From a virus (taxonomy: Duplodnaviria > Caudoviricetes), in the IMG/VR virus record IMGVR_UViG_3300017967_000022, positions 1-61,115 of that record: a stretch of DNA of 61,115 bases; one strand, given 5' to 3'. Positions 30,632 through 40,643 of the stretch are shown here, one piece after another. The notes beneath the pieces were generated by a model, which saw only the letters and a program-made list of their open reading frames with translations, was not told the DNA's origin and ran no database searches. The translations under genes were made by a program, and so were the position numbers. Each line of letters opens with the position of its first letter. The first letter of the stretch is position 1.

Positions 30632-32110
30632 ATGGCATACATTATTAACAAAACCGACGGTTCGCAGATTTCAGTAGTCGAAGACGGTACTATCGACCAG
30701 ACTACCGACCTTAAACTAGTTGGTAAAAACTACGCTGGTTACGGTGAAATACAAAACGAAAACTTTGTTCACCTACTAGAAAACTTTTCTAGTGCTAATC
30801 AGCCAAGCAGAGCAATCCGAGGTCAAATTTGGTTTGACGCCGGTACTAGCAAATTAAAATTTTATGACGGTACTAAGTTCCGTACAACAGGTGGTGCAGA
30901 AGTAAGTGCTACACAGCCTTCGGGTTTAACAGAAGGTGATTTTTGGTGGGATAATCAAAACAATCAGTTGTATGCAAACACTGGTGCAGGATTTATATTA
31001 ATTGGTCCACAATCTCAAGGTAGCACAGTTACATCGTGGATCACTGATACTATTAGAGATATTGCTCAAACGCAAAGAACAGTTATCAAAGGTACTGTTA
31101 ACGACGAAGTAGTTGTTGTACTTTCGGCTTCAGACTTTACTATTGACTCATCCGACCCCGACAATGCCATTACAGGATTTGACGTAGTACATAGAGGTAT
31201 GACCCTAAAGAATACAACTAATGCACAGCAAGGTGTTACATCCACTGCACACAGATGGTGGGGTACTGCTACAGACTCTGATAAACTTGGTGGTAGAGAT
31301 GCTAGTGAGTATGTTGTATCAATTCCAGGACAAGAATCATCATTTACTGAAATTGTAAGATTTTCAGATGCAGGCTTTACAGTTGGTAACTCAAACGATT
31401 TAAAAGTTGCTATTGAAAACGACAACCAAGCAGTTATTTCAAACGAAGTTGGTACAGTAATTAGATTTAAAGTTGATAATGCACAAGCACAATCAACAGA
31501 GTCAGTACAAATTAAAGCAGAAGGTATTTTACCAGGTGCTAACAATACCTACAATTTAGGTAGTGCAAACACTAAATGGGCAAATATTCATGCTACTACA
31601 TTTAACGGTACAGCAACATCAGCCAACGCAATGGTTGTTGGACAAAACAATAGAACTGCAAGTACAAGTGCTACTAATGACACAGTAGCAGTTCGTGACA
31701 GTTCAGGTAACTTATCGGCAAACCTATTCCAAGGTGTTGCTACAGAAGCACGTTACGCTGACTTAGCAGAAAAATATACTACTGGCGAAGAATTACCAGT
31801 TGGTACTATTGTTTCAGTTTGCAATCACGATGCACACGAAGTTGATGCTTGTGGTATTGATGACACACCAATTGGTGTTATTTCTGGCAAACCTGCATTC
31901 TTAATGAATGCTGAGGCAGAAGGCCAAGCAGTTGCACTAAAAGGTCGAGTTCCTGTAAGAGTAATTGGTCCAGTTAATAAAGGTGACAAGTTATATGCAG
32001 GTCCTAATGGTACAGCACAAAAAGCCAATGAAGGTGATTTAATTGGTGTTGCATTAGAGTCAAACGATAGACATGAAGAAAAACTAGTAGAAGCAGTTCT
32101 AAAAGTATAA
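30632..32110 (+). CDS. Tail fibre protein (paralog 3) with C-terminal chaperone-like domain
   Basis: Same N-terminal module; C-terminal YADLAEKY...G.IS..PA..MN...VAL.GRVPV.V.G.V.KGD.L motif. Confidence 0.7.
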   Translation: MAYIINKTDGSQISVVEDGTIDQTTDLKLVGKNYAGYGEIQNENFVHLLENFSSANQPSRAIRGQIWFDAGTSKLKFYDGTKFRTTGGAEVSATQPSGLTEGDFWWDNQNNQLYANTGAGFILIGPQSQGSTVTSWITDTIRDIAQTQRTVIKGTVNDEVVVVLSASDFTIDSSDPDNAITGFDVVHRGMTLKNTTNAQQGVTSTAHRWWGTATDSDKLGGRDASEYVVSIPGQESSFTEIVRFSDAGFTVGNSNDLKVAIENDNQAVISNEVGTVIRFKVDNAQAQSTESVQIKAEGILPGANNTYNLGSANTKWANIHATTFNGTATSANAMVVGQNNRTASTSATNDTVAVRDSSGNLSANLFQGVATEARYADLAEKYTTGEELPVGTIVSVCNHDAHEVDACGIDDTPIGVISGKPAFLMNAEAEGQAVALKGRVPVRVIGPVNKGDKLYAGPNGTAQKANEGDLIGVALESNDRHEEKLVEAVLKV

Positions 32111-32124
32111 GGAAGAAGTAGAAA

Positions 32125-33057
32125 ATGGCAATTATTACAGCGGCAAGATATAACGATTTACAAGCCAAAGTTGCTAATATTTTAGGCAACGGTAGTGGCG
32201 AACAAGGTTATGGACAAACTTTAACAAGTTCTCAAGTAGCCGCTGAAACTGTTATTGACTCTCAACATATGTCAGACTTATATACTGACATGGTCAAATG
32301 TAGAGTACACCAAGTTGGTAGTGTTCCTCAATCAATTGCTACTGTTTCTGTAGGTAACGTAATTGAAGAAGACAGTTCCGATACAGGTACAGCACGTGGT
32401 ATTGTACAGTACGAAGCACTTGCTGATACTATTGTTGACGACAAAGACTTAATTTATACTGCTGATACATCACAGAGCACAATTACTGCTTCAAAAGTAG
32501 CATCAACAAGAACTGCATCATGGGCAGGTGTTGTTGACCATATTGTTACAGTAACATGGCCAAGTGCAGATGCACGTAGACACTTCTTTAATGCCGGCGG
32601 CGAAATTCGTTTTACAGCAGATTTAGATCCAGATGTTTCAAACGGTAAAAACAATGACTGGAATAACTTACTTTCTCAAATGGGAGTAGTAAGTTTTAAA
32701 GCACAAACTTGTACATCAAATGGTACTTCACCAGGCACAAGTTTCAATCTTGGAAATTTTGATATAACTAGTACAGATCAATTAGTATTCCAAAAAGACG
32801 GTTCGGGCGTATATGCAGAAAACGATTACAACATTAAAGTTAAAGAACTTAGTGCCCTACAACTACAATTTACAATTCAATTCCGTGATGATGACGCAGG
32901 CGATGACGCAGGCGACTCAAACAATGACGGTGCAATTAACCCAATTGACGAAAGCGTAACAGGTACACTAGAAAGTGTTGTAGGCGAAAGACTGCCTACT
33001 GGTGCTAATGTTTCTCTTTCTACTCCAGCATACGCAACCACAAACAACCTAGCATAA
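32125..33057 (+). CDS. Virion structural protein
   Basis: 310 aa, last gene of the structural run; GYGQT and ARRHFFNAGGEIRF motifs. Confidence 0.55.
   Translation: MAIITAARYNDLQAKVANILGNGSGEQGYGQTLTSSQVAAETVIDSQHMSDLYTDMVKCRVHQVGSVPQSIATVSVGNVIEEDSSDTGTARGIVQYEALADTIVDDKDLIYTADTSQSTITASKVASTRTASWAGVVDHIVTVTWPSADARRHFFNAGGEIRFTADLDPDVSNGKNNDWNNLLSQMGVVSFKAQTCTSNGTSPGTSFNLGNFDITSTDQLVFQKDGSGVYAENDYNIKVKELSALQLQFTIQFRDDDAGDDAGDSNNDGAINPIDESVTGTLESVVGERLPTGANVSLSTPAYATTNNLA
32890..32913 (+). repeat. 12-bp perfect tandem duplication GATGACGCAGGC x2 (DDAG-DDAG)
   Basis: Read directly from the sequence. Confidence 0.85.
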
Positions 33058-33068
33058 CTTAAAACATA

Positions 33069-33075
33069 GTAAATA
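33069..33075 (+). promoter_or_regulatory. Late promoter variant, 5 nt before the ATG
   Basis: GTAAATA-TTGCT-ATG(33081); no RBS. Confidence 0.55.
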
Positions 33076-33080
33076 TTGCT

Positions 33081-33425
33081 ATGGATGAGAAGTTAGAAAA
33101 AGCCTTGGAATTTGGCAATTATTCTGCCACGTTAGATAACCAAAAACGTATGTTACACGAAAAGTTTGTAACAGACTCTATCTATTTTACCAACGGCGGC
33201 CAATTCACTATATCAAAAGAACTTATTAACTATGTTAACATTTTGGTTAACACTGGGCAAGAGTCATCTGTTTTGATTGACGACAACGATATTCCGATTG
33301 AGATAGCAGATGTTGAAGACTTCTATTCAAACATCACAAACAAATACTTTGTTGCTCTAAACGATTATCATATAGCATATAAAAAGTTAGAGTCAAGCAG
33401 AACGGTTGACGGCTTAGTAGAATGA
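33081..33425 (+). CDS. Hypothetical protein, possibly a fibre-assembly chaperone
   Basis: 114-aa ORF coupled (ATGA) to the next gene; function guessed from position only. Confidence 0.5.
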   Translation: MDEKLEKALEFGNYSATLDNQKRMLHEKFVTDSIYFTNGGQFTISKELINYVNILVNTGQESSVLIDDNDIPIEIADVEDFYSNITNKYFVALNDYHIAYKKLESSRTVDGLVE

Positions 33426-34240
33426 CAAATGGTGTACTTTTATTTGCATACAACAATGCTCAAATAGATTATGTTGCACAGGCTTGCTTTTTAGCAAAGC
33501 GTGTAACACAGTACCTTAACCTTCCTACAACTCTTGTTACTGACGATAAAAAACGTGTAGAAGAATACTACGACTCTAGTGTATTTGACAATATTGTTGT
33601 ACTAGATAACAAACGCTGGAATAAAAAAACATATGCTGATGGTAGTTTATCTAAAAAAACACTAGACTTTAAAAATTATAATCGTACAGATGCATACGAT
33701 GTAACACCATATGATAATACGCTAATACTTGATACAGATTATATTATTTCAAACAGTTTATTAGCAAACTGTTTTGACAGTGTAAACGATTTAATGATGT
33801 ATTCAAGTGCAGTTGATATTACAGGCTGGCGAAATACAGACGAATTTAAATTAATTAGTGAAACAAGTATAAAATTTTATTGGGCAACTTGTGTATTTTT
33901 TAGAAAAAACAACAAAAATAAGATTTTCTTTAACTTATTAAAACACATTAAAGAAAACTATCAACACTATCGTAACCTATATCAAATTACAAGCACAGTG
34001 TATCGCAATGACTATGCGTTTAGTATTGCGGCACACATTGTTGGTGGTGTAAAAGAGTTACCAGGAAGAATGATTTATAGTACACATAACGATGTACTGA
34101 ATAAAATTGATAACGAAAACATAAAGTTACTTGTTGAAAAACAAAATAGAACAGGCGAATATACATTATTAAAAACAAGTGGCATTAATATTCACGTTAT
34201 GAACAAGTTTAGTTTAAACAGGGAAATAGCCAATGCCTAA
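33422..34240 (+). CDS. Glycosyltransferase-like protein (GT-A fold)
   Basis: AYDVTPYDNTLILDTDY (DxD motif); YRND.AFSIA. Confidence 0.65.
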   Translation: MTNGVLLFAYNNAQIDYVAQACFLAKRVTQYLNLPTTLVTDDKKRVEEYYDSSVFDNIVVLDNKRWNKKTYADGSLSKKTLDFKNYNRTDAYDVTPYDNTLILDTDYIISNSLLANCFDSVNDLMMYSSAVDITGWRNTDEFKLISETSIKFYWATCVFFRKNNKNKIFFNLLKHIKENYQHYRNLYQITSTVYRNDYAFSIAAHIVGGVKELPGRMIYSTHNDVLNKIDNENIKLLVEKQNRTGEYTLLKTSGINIHVMNKFSLNREIANA

Positions 34241-35051
34241 TTTTACAGTCCTTGCACAAAATAACGAAGACAATTACATACGTCAAGCAGAATTACTAGC
34301 AATGAGTATTAGGAATACTAACCCTAAAAGTAAAATATGCCTAATTACAAATGATGTAGTAGAAAACAAAGAACTGTTTGACGACATTGTACCTATTCCT
34401 TGGGAAGATGCCGGCGAAGAACACAAATGGAAAGTACAAAACCGTTGGAAGATATATCATGCTTGTCCATATGACGCAACTTTTGTGCTAGATACTGATA
34501 TGTTAGTACAACAAGATCTGTCAAACTGGTGGAACTTGATGCAAAATTATGATGTGTTCTATACAACAGCAGTTACAGACTACAAGTTTGAAAAACCTGA
34601 CACAAGTTACTATAGAAAAATGTTTATAGAAAACAAATTACCAGACACTTATGTAGCATTGCACTACTTTAAGAAGTCAGACTTTGCAAAAAAGTTTTAT
34701 ACTTGCTTAGAAGAAGTAATGAAGAACTGGGAATACTATTATGAAAAGTATGCTCCTAAGAAAATGCAAAAGTTTTTAAGTGTAGATGTATGTACAGCAA
34801 TTACTATTAGAGTTTTAGACTGTGAACATTTAGTTACTAACAAAAAGTTACCGTTTCCTACTTTTGTACACATGAAGCCATACTTACAAAGTTGGAAAAC
34901 ACAAACAAAGAAATGGCAAGACAGAATTACTTGTTTTGTTGATGACGATTTAAATTTAAGAGTTGGTGGTTGGTTACAAAACACAGTGTTCCACTATACA
35001 GAAAAAGATTTTACAGGAAAGTTTTATGACAGATTTAAAAGATTGGACTGA
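34233..35051 (+). CDS. Glycosyltransferase-like protein (GT-A fold), paralog of the upstream gene
   Basis: NRWKIYHACPYDATFVLDTDML (DxD motif); FVHMKP. Confidence 0.65.
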   Translation: MPNFTVLAQNNEDNYIRQAELLAMSIRNTNPKSKICLITNDVVENKELFDDIVPIPWEDAGEEHKWKVQNRWKIYHACPYDATFVLDTDMLVQQDLSNWWNLMQNYDVFYTTAVTDYKFEKPDTSYYRKMFIENKLPDTYVALHYFKKSDFAKKFYTCLEEVMKNWEYYYEKYAPKKMQKFLSVDVCTAITIRVLDCEHLVTNKKLPFPTFVHMKPYLQSWKTQTKKWQDRITCFVDDDLNLRVGGWLQNTVFHYTEKDFTGKFYDRFKRLD

Positions 35052-35607
35052 AGTTCCTATAAAACCAGCACCAACATATGCTAACTTTAATGTAACTACT
35101 GGTTACATTGATAGTTTTAGCGACTCGCCTCTTGGCGAACATAGTATTGAAGTTGAATACGATAGTGTTAGAGATATTATCGAAGGCAAAGCATTTTACA
35201 AACACTACAAAGTATTGTTTAATCCTGCATCAACTATGTATGAACTTGTAAATGTACACGAAGAAAAAGCATACGAGTACAATGTTAATAATAGTTTTTA
35301 CAAAGTACAAGAAAATGATAGTGCAGATATTATTTTAGTTAAAAATTACATAACGCAACAATGGGAATTAACATTTGGTAAATTGTTTCAAAAAACACTA
35401 GATAAAAACAATGTAACATTACAAACTAAAAAACAATTTAGTATTGTAAAGAAAAATGACCCATATGTTCTATATAGAGAATTAAATTTTGATTTAAGTT
35501 CAAACGATTTAGTCTTGCAATTTAATGAAAATGATAGTATAATAGAGTTTGACGTTTACACTACTAAAGTCTTTAACAGTTACGGAGTACAAGTTGTCAA
35601 AAATTAA
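35026..35607 (+). CDS. Hypothetical protein
   Basis: Start moved to ATG 35026 (AGGA upstream); no recognisable motif. Confidence 0.55.
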   Translation: MTDLKDWTEVPIKPAPTYANFNVTTGYIDSFSDSPLGEHSIEVEYDSVRDIIEGKAFYKHYKVLFNPASTMYELVNVHEEKAYEYNVNNSFYKVQENDSADIILVKNYITQQWELTFGKLFQKTLDKNNVTLQTKKQFSIVKKNDPYVLYRELNFDLSSNDLVLQFNENDSIIEFDVYTTKVFNSYGVQVVKN

Positions 35608-36484
35608 AATACAAGATGTTGATATTATCTTTTTAAGTTATGACGAGCCTAATGCTGAAGAAAATTGGGCAGACTTAAAACGTAAAGTGCCTTGGGCAAA
35701 AAGAGTACACGGTGTTGAAGGCAGTGATGCCGCACATAAAGCCTGTGCCGATTTATCAGATACAAAACATTTTGTAACAGTTGACGGTGACACTATTGTT
35801 GATCCTCGATTTATGCAAGTTGAATTAGACTTAGACAAACTAGGTGTAGATGACGACTATCAATTTAGTTGGTGCGGTAAAATTGATGTTAACGGACTTA
35901 TGTACGGTAACGGAAGTTTGAAGATGTGGACAAAAGAGTTTGTAAAGAATATGCGTACACACGAAAATACAGACGGTACAAACGAAACTAGTATTGAGTT
36001 TTGTTATTTTGACAACTATTATCAACTAAACGAAAACTATAGTAGCAGTATTATTACAGGCAGTCCTTTACAAGCATGGAGAGCAGGCTTTCGTGAAGGT
36101 GTAAAGATGTCATTAGATAGGGGTACTAAGGTAACTGATATTGAAGAACAGTTATGGTGGCAAAATAGACATAGACTTTACATATGGCAAATGGTAGGTT
36201 GTGATGTGCCAGACGGCATATGGGCAATCTACGGAGCAAGACTAGGCTGTTATAAAACAATGTGTACTGATTGGGATCATACACAAACACGTGACTTTGA
36301 ATATCTTAAAGAATTATGGAAAGAACATGAAACTGTTAATCCAGCAGAAGAAGCAAAAGAAGTTGGTAAAAAATTAATTAACGAATTAGACTTACCTATT
36401 GCAGTTGTTCCATACGATAGTTTGCAAAGTAAATTTTTTAAAACTGTTTATGTAAATAGTGATAGGGTTATTAGACGTAAATGA
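35594..36484 (+). CDS. Glycosyltransferase-like protein (SYDEP family)
   Basis: Start moved to TTG 35594 (GGAG RBS); DIIFLSYDEPNA...RVHGV.G..AAH...VDGD (DxD motif)...AWRAGFREG.K. Confidence 0.65.
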   Translation: MSKIKIQDVDIIFLSYDEPNAEENWADLKRKVPWAKRVHGVEGSDAAHKACADLSDTKHFVTVDGDTIVDPRFMQVELDLDKLGVDDDYQFSWCGKIDVNGLMYGNGSLKMWTKEFVKNMRTHENTDGTNETSIEFCYFDNYYQLNENYSSSIITGSPLQAWRAGFREGVKMSLDRGTKVTDIEEQLWWQNRHRLYIWQMVGCDVPDGIWAIYGARLGCYKTMCTDWDHTQTRDFEYLKELWKEHETVNPAEEAKEVGKKLINELDLPIAVVPYDSLQSKFFKTVYVNSDRVIRRK

Positions 36485-36732
36485 AAATTAGATACTATCA
36501 TAACATAGATGGCTGGCGTTGGCTAGGATTCGTCTTGGCTATGGTAGGTGCTTTTATACTTAGTGGCGGTAATGCCAAACTGCAATGGATAGGTTGGGCA
36601 GTTGCTTGCCTAAGTTGTACAATATGGGTTTGGATGGGAATTAAGGACAAGGATGTGCCGAGAGCACTCATGGAATTGTTTTATTTGCTGTTAGCAATAC
36701 GTGGTATATTTAACTGGATAGAATATGAGTGA
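36481..36732 (+). CDS. Small membrane protein with about 3 TM helices
   Basis: 83 aa with three hydrophobic segments; overlaps both neighbours. Confidence 0.6.
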   Translation: MKIRYYHNIDGWRWLGFVLAMVGAFILSGGNAKLQWIGWAVACLSCTIWVWMGIKDKDVPRALMELFYLLLAIRGIFNWIEYE

Positions 36733-38092
36733 AGTACAGCGAATAAAATCTATTATGCCAGAGATTGATGAAATCTCGCCTACCTTTTGTTTGGCTAAAT
36801 GGCATCATGTTACTATCTATTTACAAACTGGTGAAACACACAGTTGTTATCATCCGGCTCCACATAAAATTCCCTTAGAAGGATTACAAGATAATCCTAG
36901 TCAATTACACAACACACCTGAAAAGAAACGTGAACGCGGTTTAATGTTGCAAGGTGAAAAACCTAGTGGTTGTCAGTACTGTTGGAATATTGAGTGTATG
37001 GGCAAAGATTACATTAGCGATAGACATATTAAAACAGCGAGTATATACACCCCGGAACGTATAGAAGAAATTAAAAGTAATCCTTGGGATTATGATATTA
37101 ATCCAGAGTATATTGAAATTAATTTTAGTAACCAGTGTAACTTTAAATGCGGTTACTGTCATCCTAAGTTTAGTAGCAGATATTATAACGAGATCAAAAA
37201 GCATGGTCCTTATAAAGACAGTACAGCACATCGCAATGATATTGATTATTTTGAATTATACAAAGAAGAAACTAACCCATATGTAGAAGCATGGTGGAAG
37301 TGGTGGCCTGAAGTAAGTAAGACACTAAACATTTTACGTGTTACCGGAGGCGAACCGTTAATGCACAATAGTACCTGGAGATTGTTTGACGAATTAGAAG
37401 CAAATCCTAAACCACATCTCAATATAGAACTTAATAGCAATATGGGTGTTAAGCCAGAACGTATAGTAAAACTTGTAGAACGTTTAAAAGTATTAAAAGA
37501 TAAAAACTGTATTAACAGTTTTAAATTATATACAAGTATCGATACCTGGGGTCCTCGTGCAGAGTATACACGTACAGGATTAGATTTAAAATTATGGGAA
37601 TCAAACTTAGATTATTATCTAACTAAAACAGGTTGGCCTGTAACATTTATGGTTACATTTAATTTATTTGTTGTTACAAGTTTTGATGATTTATTACATA
37701 AAATATTAGAGTGGCGCAAGAAGTATAATACAGATGAACAAACTAAATGGCAACGTATTAGATTTGATACACCTTATTTAAAAGAGCCTATTCAGTTTGA
37801 TATGAACATACTTCCTAAAGATGAATTTATGCCATACATGATGAATCATTTATTGTTTATGCAAAACAATGTAGACGATAAGGATAGAACAAAATTTAGT
37901 AGTTTGGAATATGAACGTCTAAGACGTGTAGTTGATTATATGCGTAAAACAGAGTATGACGAAAAGAAACTATTAAATGGTAGGCGTAATTTTGCTAGTT
38001 GGTTTAAAGAATATGATAGAAGAAGAGGAACTAACCTAGTAGAAACATTTCCCGAGTTTAAAGAGTTTTATCGTTTTTGTGAAAGTTGCTAA
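36725..38092 (+). CDS. Radical SAM protein with N-terminal Cys cluster (group A)
   Basis: CNFKCGYC; TGGEP; N-terminal FC..KW...SCYH...CQYCW. Confidence 0.9.
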   Translation: MSEVQRIKSIMPEIDEISPTFCLAKWHHVTIYLQTGETHSCYHPAPHKIPLEGLQDNPSQLHNTPEKKRERGLMLQGEKPSGCQYCWNIECMGKDYISDRHIKTASIYTPERIEEIKSNPWDYDINPEYIEINFSNQCNFKCGYCHPKFSSRYYNEIKKHGPYKDSTAHRNDIDYFELYKEETNPYVEAWWKWWPEVSKTLNILRVTGGEPLMHNSTWRLFDELEANPKPHLNIELNSNMGVKPERIVKLVERLKVLKDKNCINSFKLYTSIDTWGPRAEYTRTGLDLKLWESNLDYYLTKTGWPVTFMVTFNLFVVTSFDDLLHKILEWRKKYNTDEQTKWQRIRFDTPYLKEPIQFDMNILPKDEFMPYMMNHLLFMQNNVDDKDRTKFSSLEYERLRRVVDYMRKTEYDEKKLLNGRRNFASWFKEYDRRRGTNLVETFPEFKEFYRFCESC

Positions 38093-39191
38093 CCATTGCT
38101 TGGTTATGTAATAATGTTGCTTTAATATCTTCTAAATTGTAATTTTCTTTTTCAACAGTTTCAATCAACTCAAATATAGCATTCATACGTTCTGTATGAT
38201 TTTCAATTGAATCGTATTCTTCACTCCATAACTCGTTAAATGTTTTAAATCCTAATTCTTGTAGATACTTTAGTGTGTGAGGTGGGCCGACCATAATAAA
38301 AGGTCGTCCATATAACATAGCGTTAAAAGTTTTTTCACTAAAGTTAGCAGTTGGTTGAGCAAAGCGTGTTTCATTAACAATAGCACACATACTGTCTATA
38401 TAAAATCCCTCTAGTCCTTTACCTTCAGGAGCAAACATAGGCCAATGTTTCATACCAGCGTCGGTTGTTTCTGCATTGTTGTAATCTAACACATACGGGG
38501 TATTTTTATTAAGTATATTAATATTTTTTTTAATTATATTTTCATACTTCCACGCATCTAAATCAATCCAAGTACCATCCATTAACAACTCGTAGTTAGT
38601 TCTAAAGTTCCAACTTAAATGACAATCTTTATCAACTAAAAATGCAGAAACTAAATGTCTATGTTTAGTGTAACGCCAATTAGGACAAATAAACTTTTTA
38701 TTGTATTTGAAGTTTAATTGGCTTCCGCTACCGCAAAAAAAATCACGTAGGAAAATATCTAAGCAGTGTAGATTTAAACTAGGATAATTTTTAGAATAGT
38801 ATTTTTGTACATCATAATCGCCTGTGTACACATTAACGTTTTTAATATCGTATTTTTCTTGCCATTCAACTATGCTGTCTAATTCATCTGCACATAAATT
38901 GTCATTAGAATTGAATTCGCTATAAAAATGATTATTATGTTTAGTTCCTTTTATGTAAGGACTAACAGGTTCGTACAAGTAAATGTCAACACCGCGTCTT
39001 TTTAACTTGTTAATAGTTTTAATACTAAATTCTAACTCATTAAACTGTTTAATATGGTTAGTGCCTGTGTAAACAAACGTAGGACGGGTTGAATCTTTTA
39101 GAAAACTTTTTAAGAATAATTCTGCTAACATTCCTCTATTTTTATCTCGCATACTAGGAATGTTTTGCCAAAACAAATCTTGTACAAACAT
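38058..39191 (-). CDS. Putative glycosyltransferase-like protein
   Basis: C-terminal IVNET...FSEKT......RPF..VG....L..L...GFKTF...W.E.YD; paralogous to 41933-42892. Confidence 0.5.
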   Translation of the reverse strand: MFVQDLFWQNIPSMRDKNRGMLAELFLKSFLKDSTRPTFVYTGTNHIKQFNELEFSIKTINKLKRRGVDIYLYEPVSPYIKGTKHNNHFYSEFNSNDNLCADELDSIVEWQEKYDIKNVNVYTGDYDVQKYYSKNYPSLNLHCLDIFLRDFFCGSGSQLNFKYNKKFICPNWRYTKHRHLVSAFLVDKDCHLSWNFRTNYELLMDGTWIDLDAWKYENIIKKNINILNKNTPYVLDYNNAETTDAGMKHWPMFAPEGKGLEGFYIDSMCAIVNETRFAQPTANFSEKTFNAMLYGRPFIMVGPPHTLKYLQELGFKTFNELWSEEYDSIENHTERMNAIFELIETVEKENYNLEDIKATLLHNQAMVSNFHKNDKTL

Positions 39192-39685
39192 TAGAAAAAT
39201 GTGCCTGTAATTTGTAGTGTATATCTTGGATCAACGCCTATGTTACTAGCCGCGTGTGGTACATCTGGATTCCATAATACATATTCACCTGCTTTATAAT
39301 TTACAACAGCAGTGCCGTCTATTTCAAAGTAATGTCCTGGCTTCCAGTCTTCTAAAAATACAATAGCACGTCTTACATCATTACGTTCTTGATTAAACAC
39401 ACGACAGTAGGTATTAAAATGATCTACGTGTGTTGGCATAATGTCTAGAGTATCCATACGGTAAAACACAAAGCCTGTATTTTTTAAGTTAATACGTTTA
39501 GCAACATCGTTGACCCACTCAGGCATTGGGTTTCGACTGTCGTACATTTTGCCTGTTGTTGTGTTGTGAGTGTAACCTTGTTCACGCCACATATCCGATT
39601 CTTCACCTGTAATAGGTTGTCTAATATAATCAAAGTCTTTGTAACTTTCGTCCCATAAGACTGGTAAAAATCCTCTACTCCACAT
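39191..39685 (-). CDS. 2OG-Fe(II) oxygenase-like protein
   Basis: HVD...H triad (PTHVDH; VPHAASN) and RYTLQITG. Confidence 0.7.
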   Translation of the reverse strand: MWSRGFLPVLWDESYKDFDYIRQPITGEESDMWREQGYTHNTTTGKMYDSRNPMPEWVNDVAKRINLKNTGFVFYRMDTLDIMPTHVDHFNTYCRVFNQERNDVRRAIVFLEDWKPGHYFEIDGTAVVNYKAGEYVLWNPDVPHAASNIGVDPRYTLQITGTFF

Positions 39686-40643
39686 CTCGTTCTATATCCA
39701 ATGTTACGCAGTGAAAACCACCGCCTAATGTTCTTTGATGCCTCATTGGCAACATAGCACATTCAATACCTTGTGCTTCTAGTGCTTTACGTAGTGGCTC
39801 TTGATGTTTTTCAAGTGCTACTAATTTAGTATTTACACTAAACAAGTTCATGTTTATCCACGTACTTGCATTACACCAACCTGGATAATGTCCAATGTCA
39901 ACAGGTTCGGGACACCATAAAATATCCCAATTTCTAAAAGGCATTGGCAAGTCTTCTTTGCTTTTAATTCTACTAGGATTAGCAAGTAATAATCCATCAC
40001 GTAAAAAAGCAACAGTACTGTCAATGTGCATATAACTATAAACATCTTGTAATAAATGCACTTGTGCTGTATCACCTAGTGCATCTTGCAATAGTGTTGC
40101 ACCGAGTTTGTTTCCGCTATTACTTACAAGATATAAAACGTGTTCGTTAGCACGAATAATATTTGCGGCATCAAACGCAGGCTCAAACTCATTTAGTGCT
40201 AGTATGTCCTTATTGCCTATGCAATCTGTATTATACAATTTACTTTCGTGATAGCACGGAACTTGAACAGGACTTTTTAGGTGATGTTCAAATGCCTTCC
40301 ATTCGTGCTTCCTTGCTCTAATAGGCATTGGTGTTGCAAGTGTTAAATCCCCGTGTACAAATACCGAGTCTCGAGGGCAATAATTATAATAGTTACAATC
40401 ATTAGTATTAGGACGTACAACTTCAATTGATTCTCCTTCTAAAAAATCTACAAAGGTTTGTAAATCTTCGTTTGCTTCGTCTATTACTTGTTGTGGGTAA
40501 GGCCCTTTTTGTATTTCACTATCATCTCGTACGTCTGCAAAATTTACACAACGCAAACTAATATCAATATCAGTAGGAATTTTTGCATGATCTGCAACGC
40601 CAACAATTACTTTACGAAGTTGTCCCCATTCATTACTAGACAT
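39675..40643 (-). CDS. Amidinotransferase (glycine/inosamine-phosphate amidinotransferase family)
   Basis: NEW..LR.VIVG, CPRD, FDAA, HIDST and RTLGGGFHCVTLD catalytic motifs. Confidence 0.88.
   Translation of the reverse strand: MSSNEWGQLRKVIVGVADHAKIPTDIDISLRCVNFADVRDDSEIQKGPYPQQVIDEANEDLQTFVDFLEGESIEVVRPNTNDCNYYNYCPRDSVFVHGDLTLATPMPIRARKHEWKAFEHHLKSPVQVPCYHESKLYNTDCIGNKDILALNEFEPAFDAANIIRANEHVLYLVSNSGNKLGATLLQDALGDTAQVHLLQDVYSYMHIDSTVAFLRDGLLLANPSRIKSKEDLPMPFRNWDILWCPEPVDIGHYPGWCNASTWINMNLFSVNTKLVALEKHQEPLRKALEAQGIECAMLPMRHQRTLGGGFHCVTLDIERDVE

Noticed and set aside
27124-31545. Long antisense ORFs (27124-27705, 28824-29249, 31066-31545 and similar ones elsewhere)
   Set aside because: They are in-register mirror frames of strongly biased structural genes, with no RBS or protein motifs
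26405-33057. Diversity-generating retroelement or invertible fibre cassette
   Set aside because: No reverse transcriptase, recombinase or near-identical TR/VR repeat pair was seen in the window
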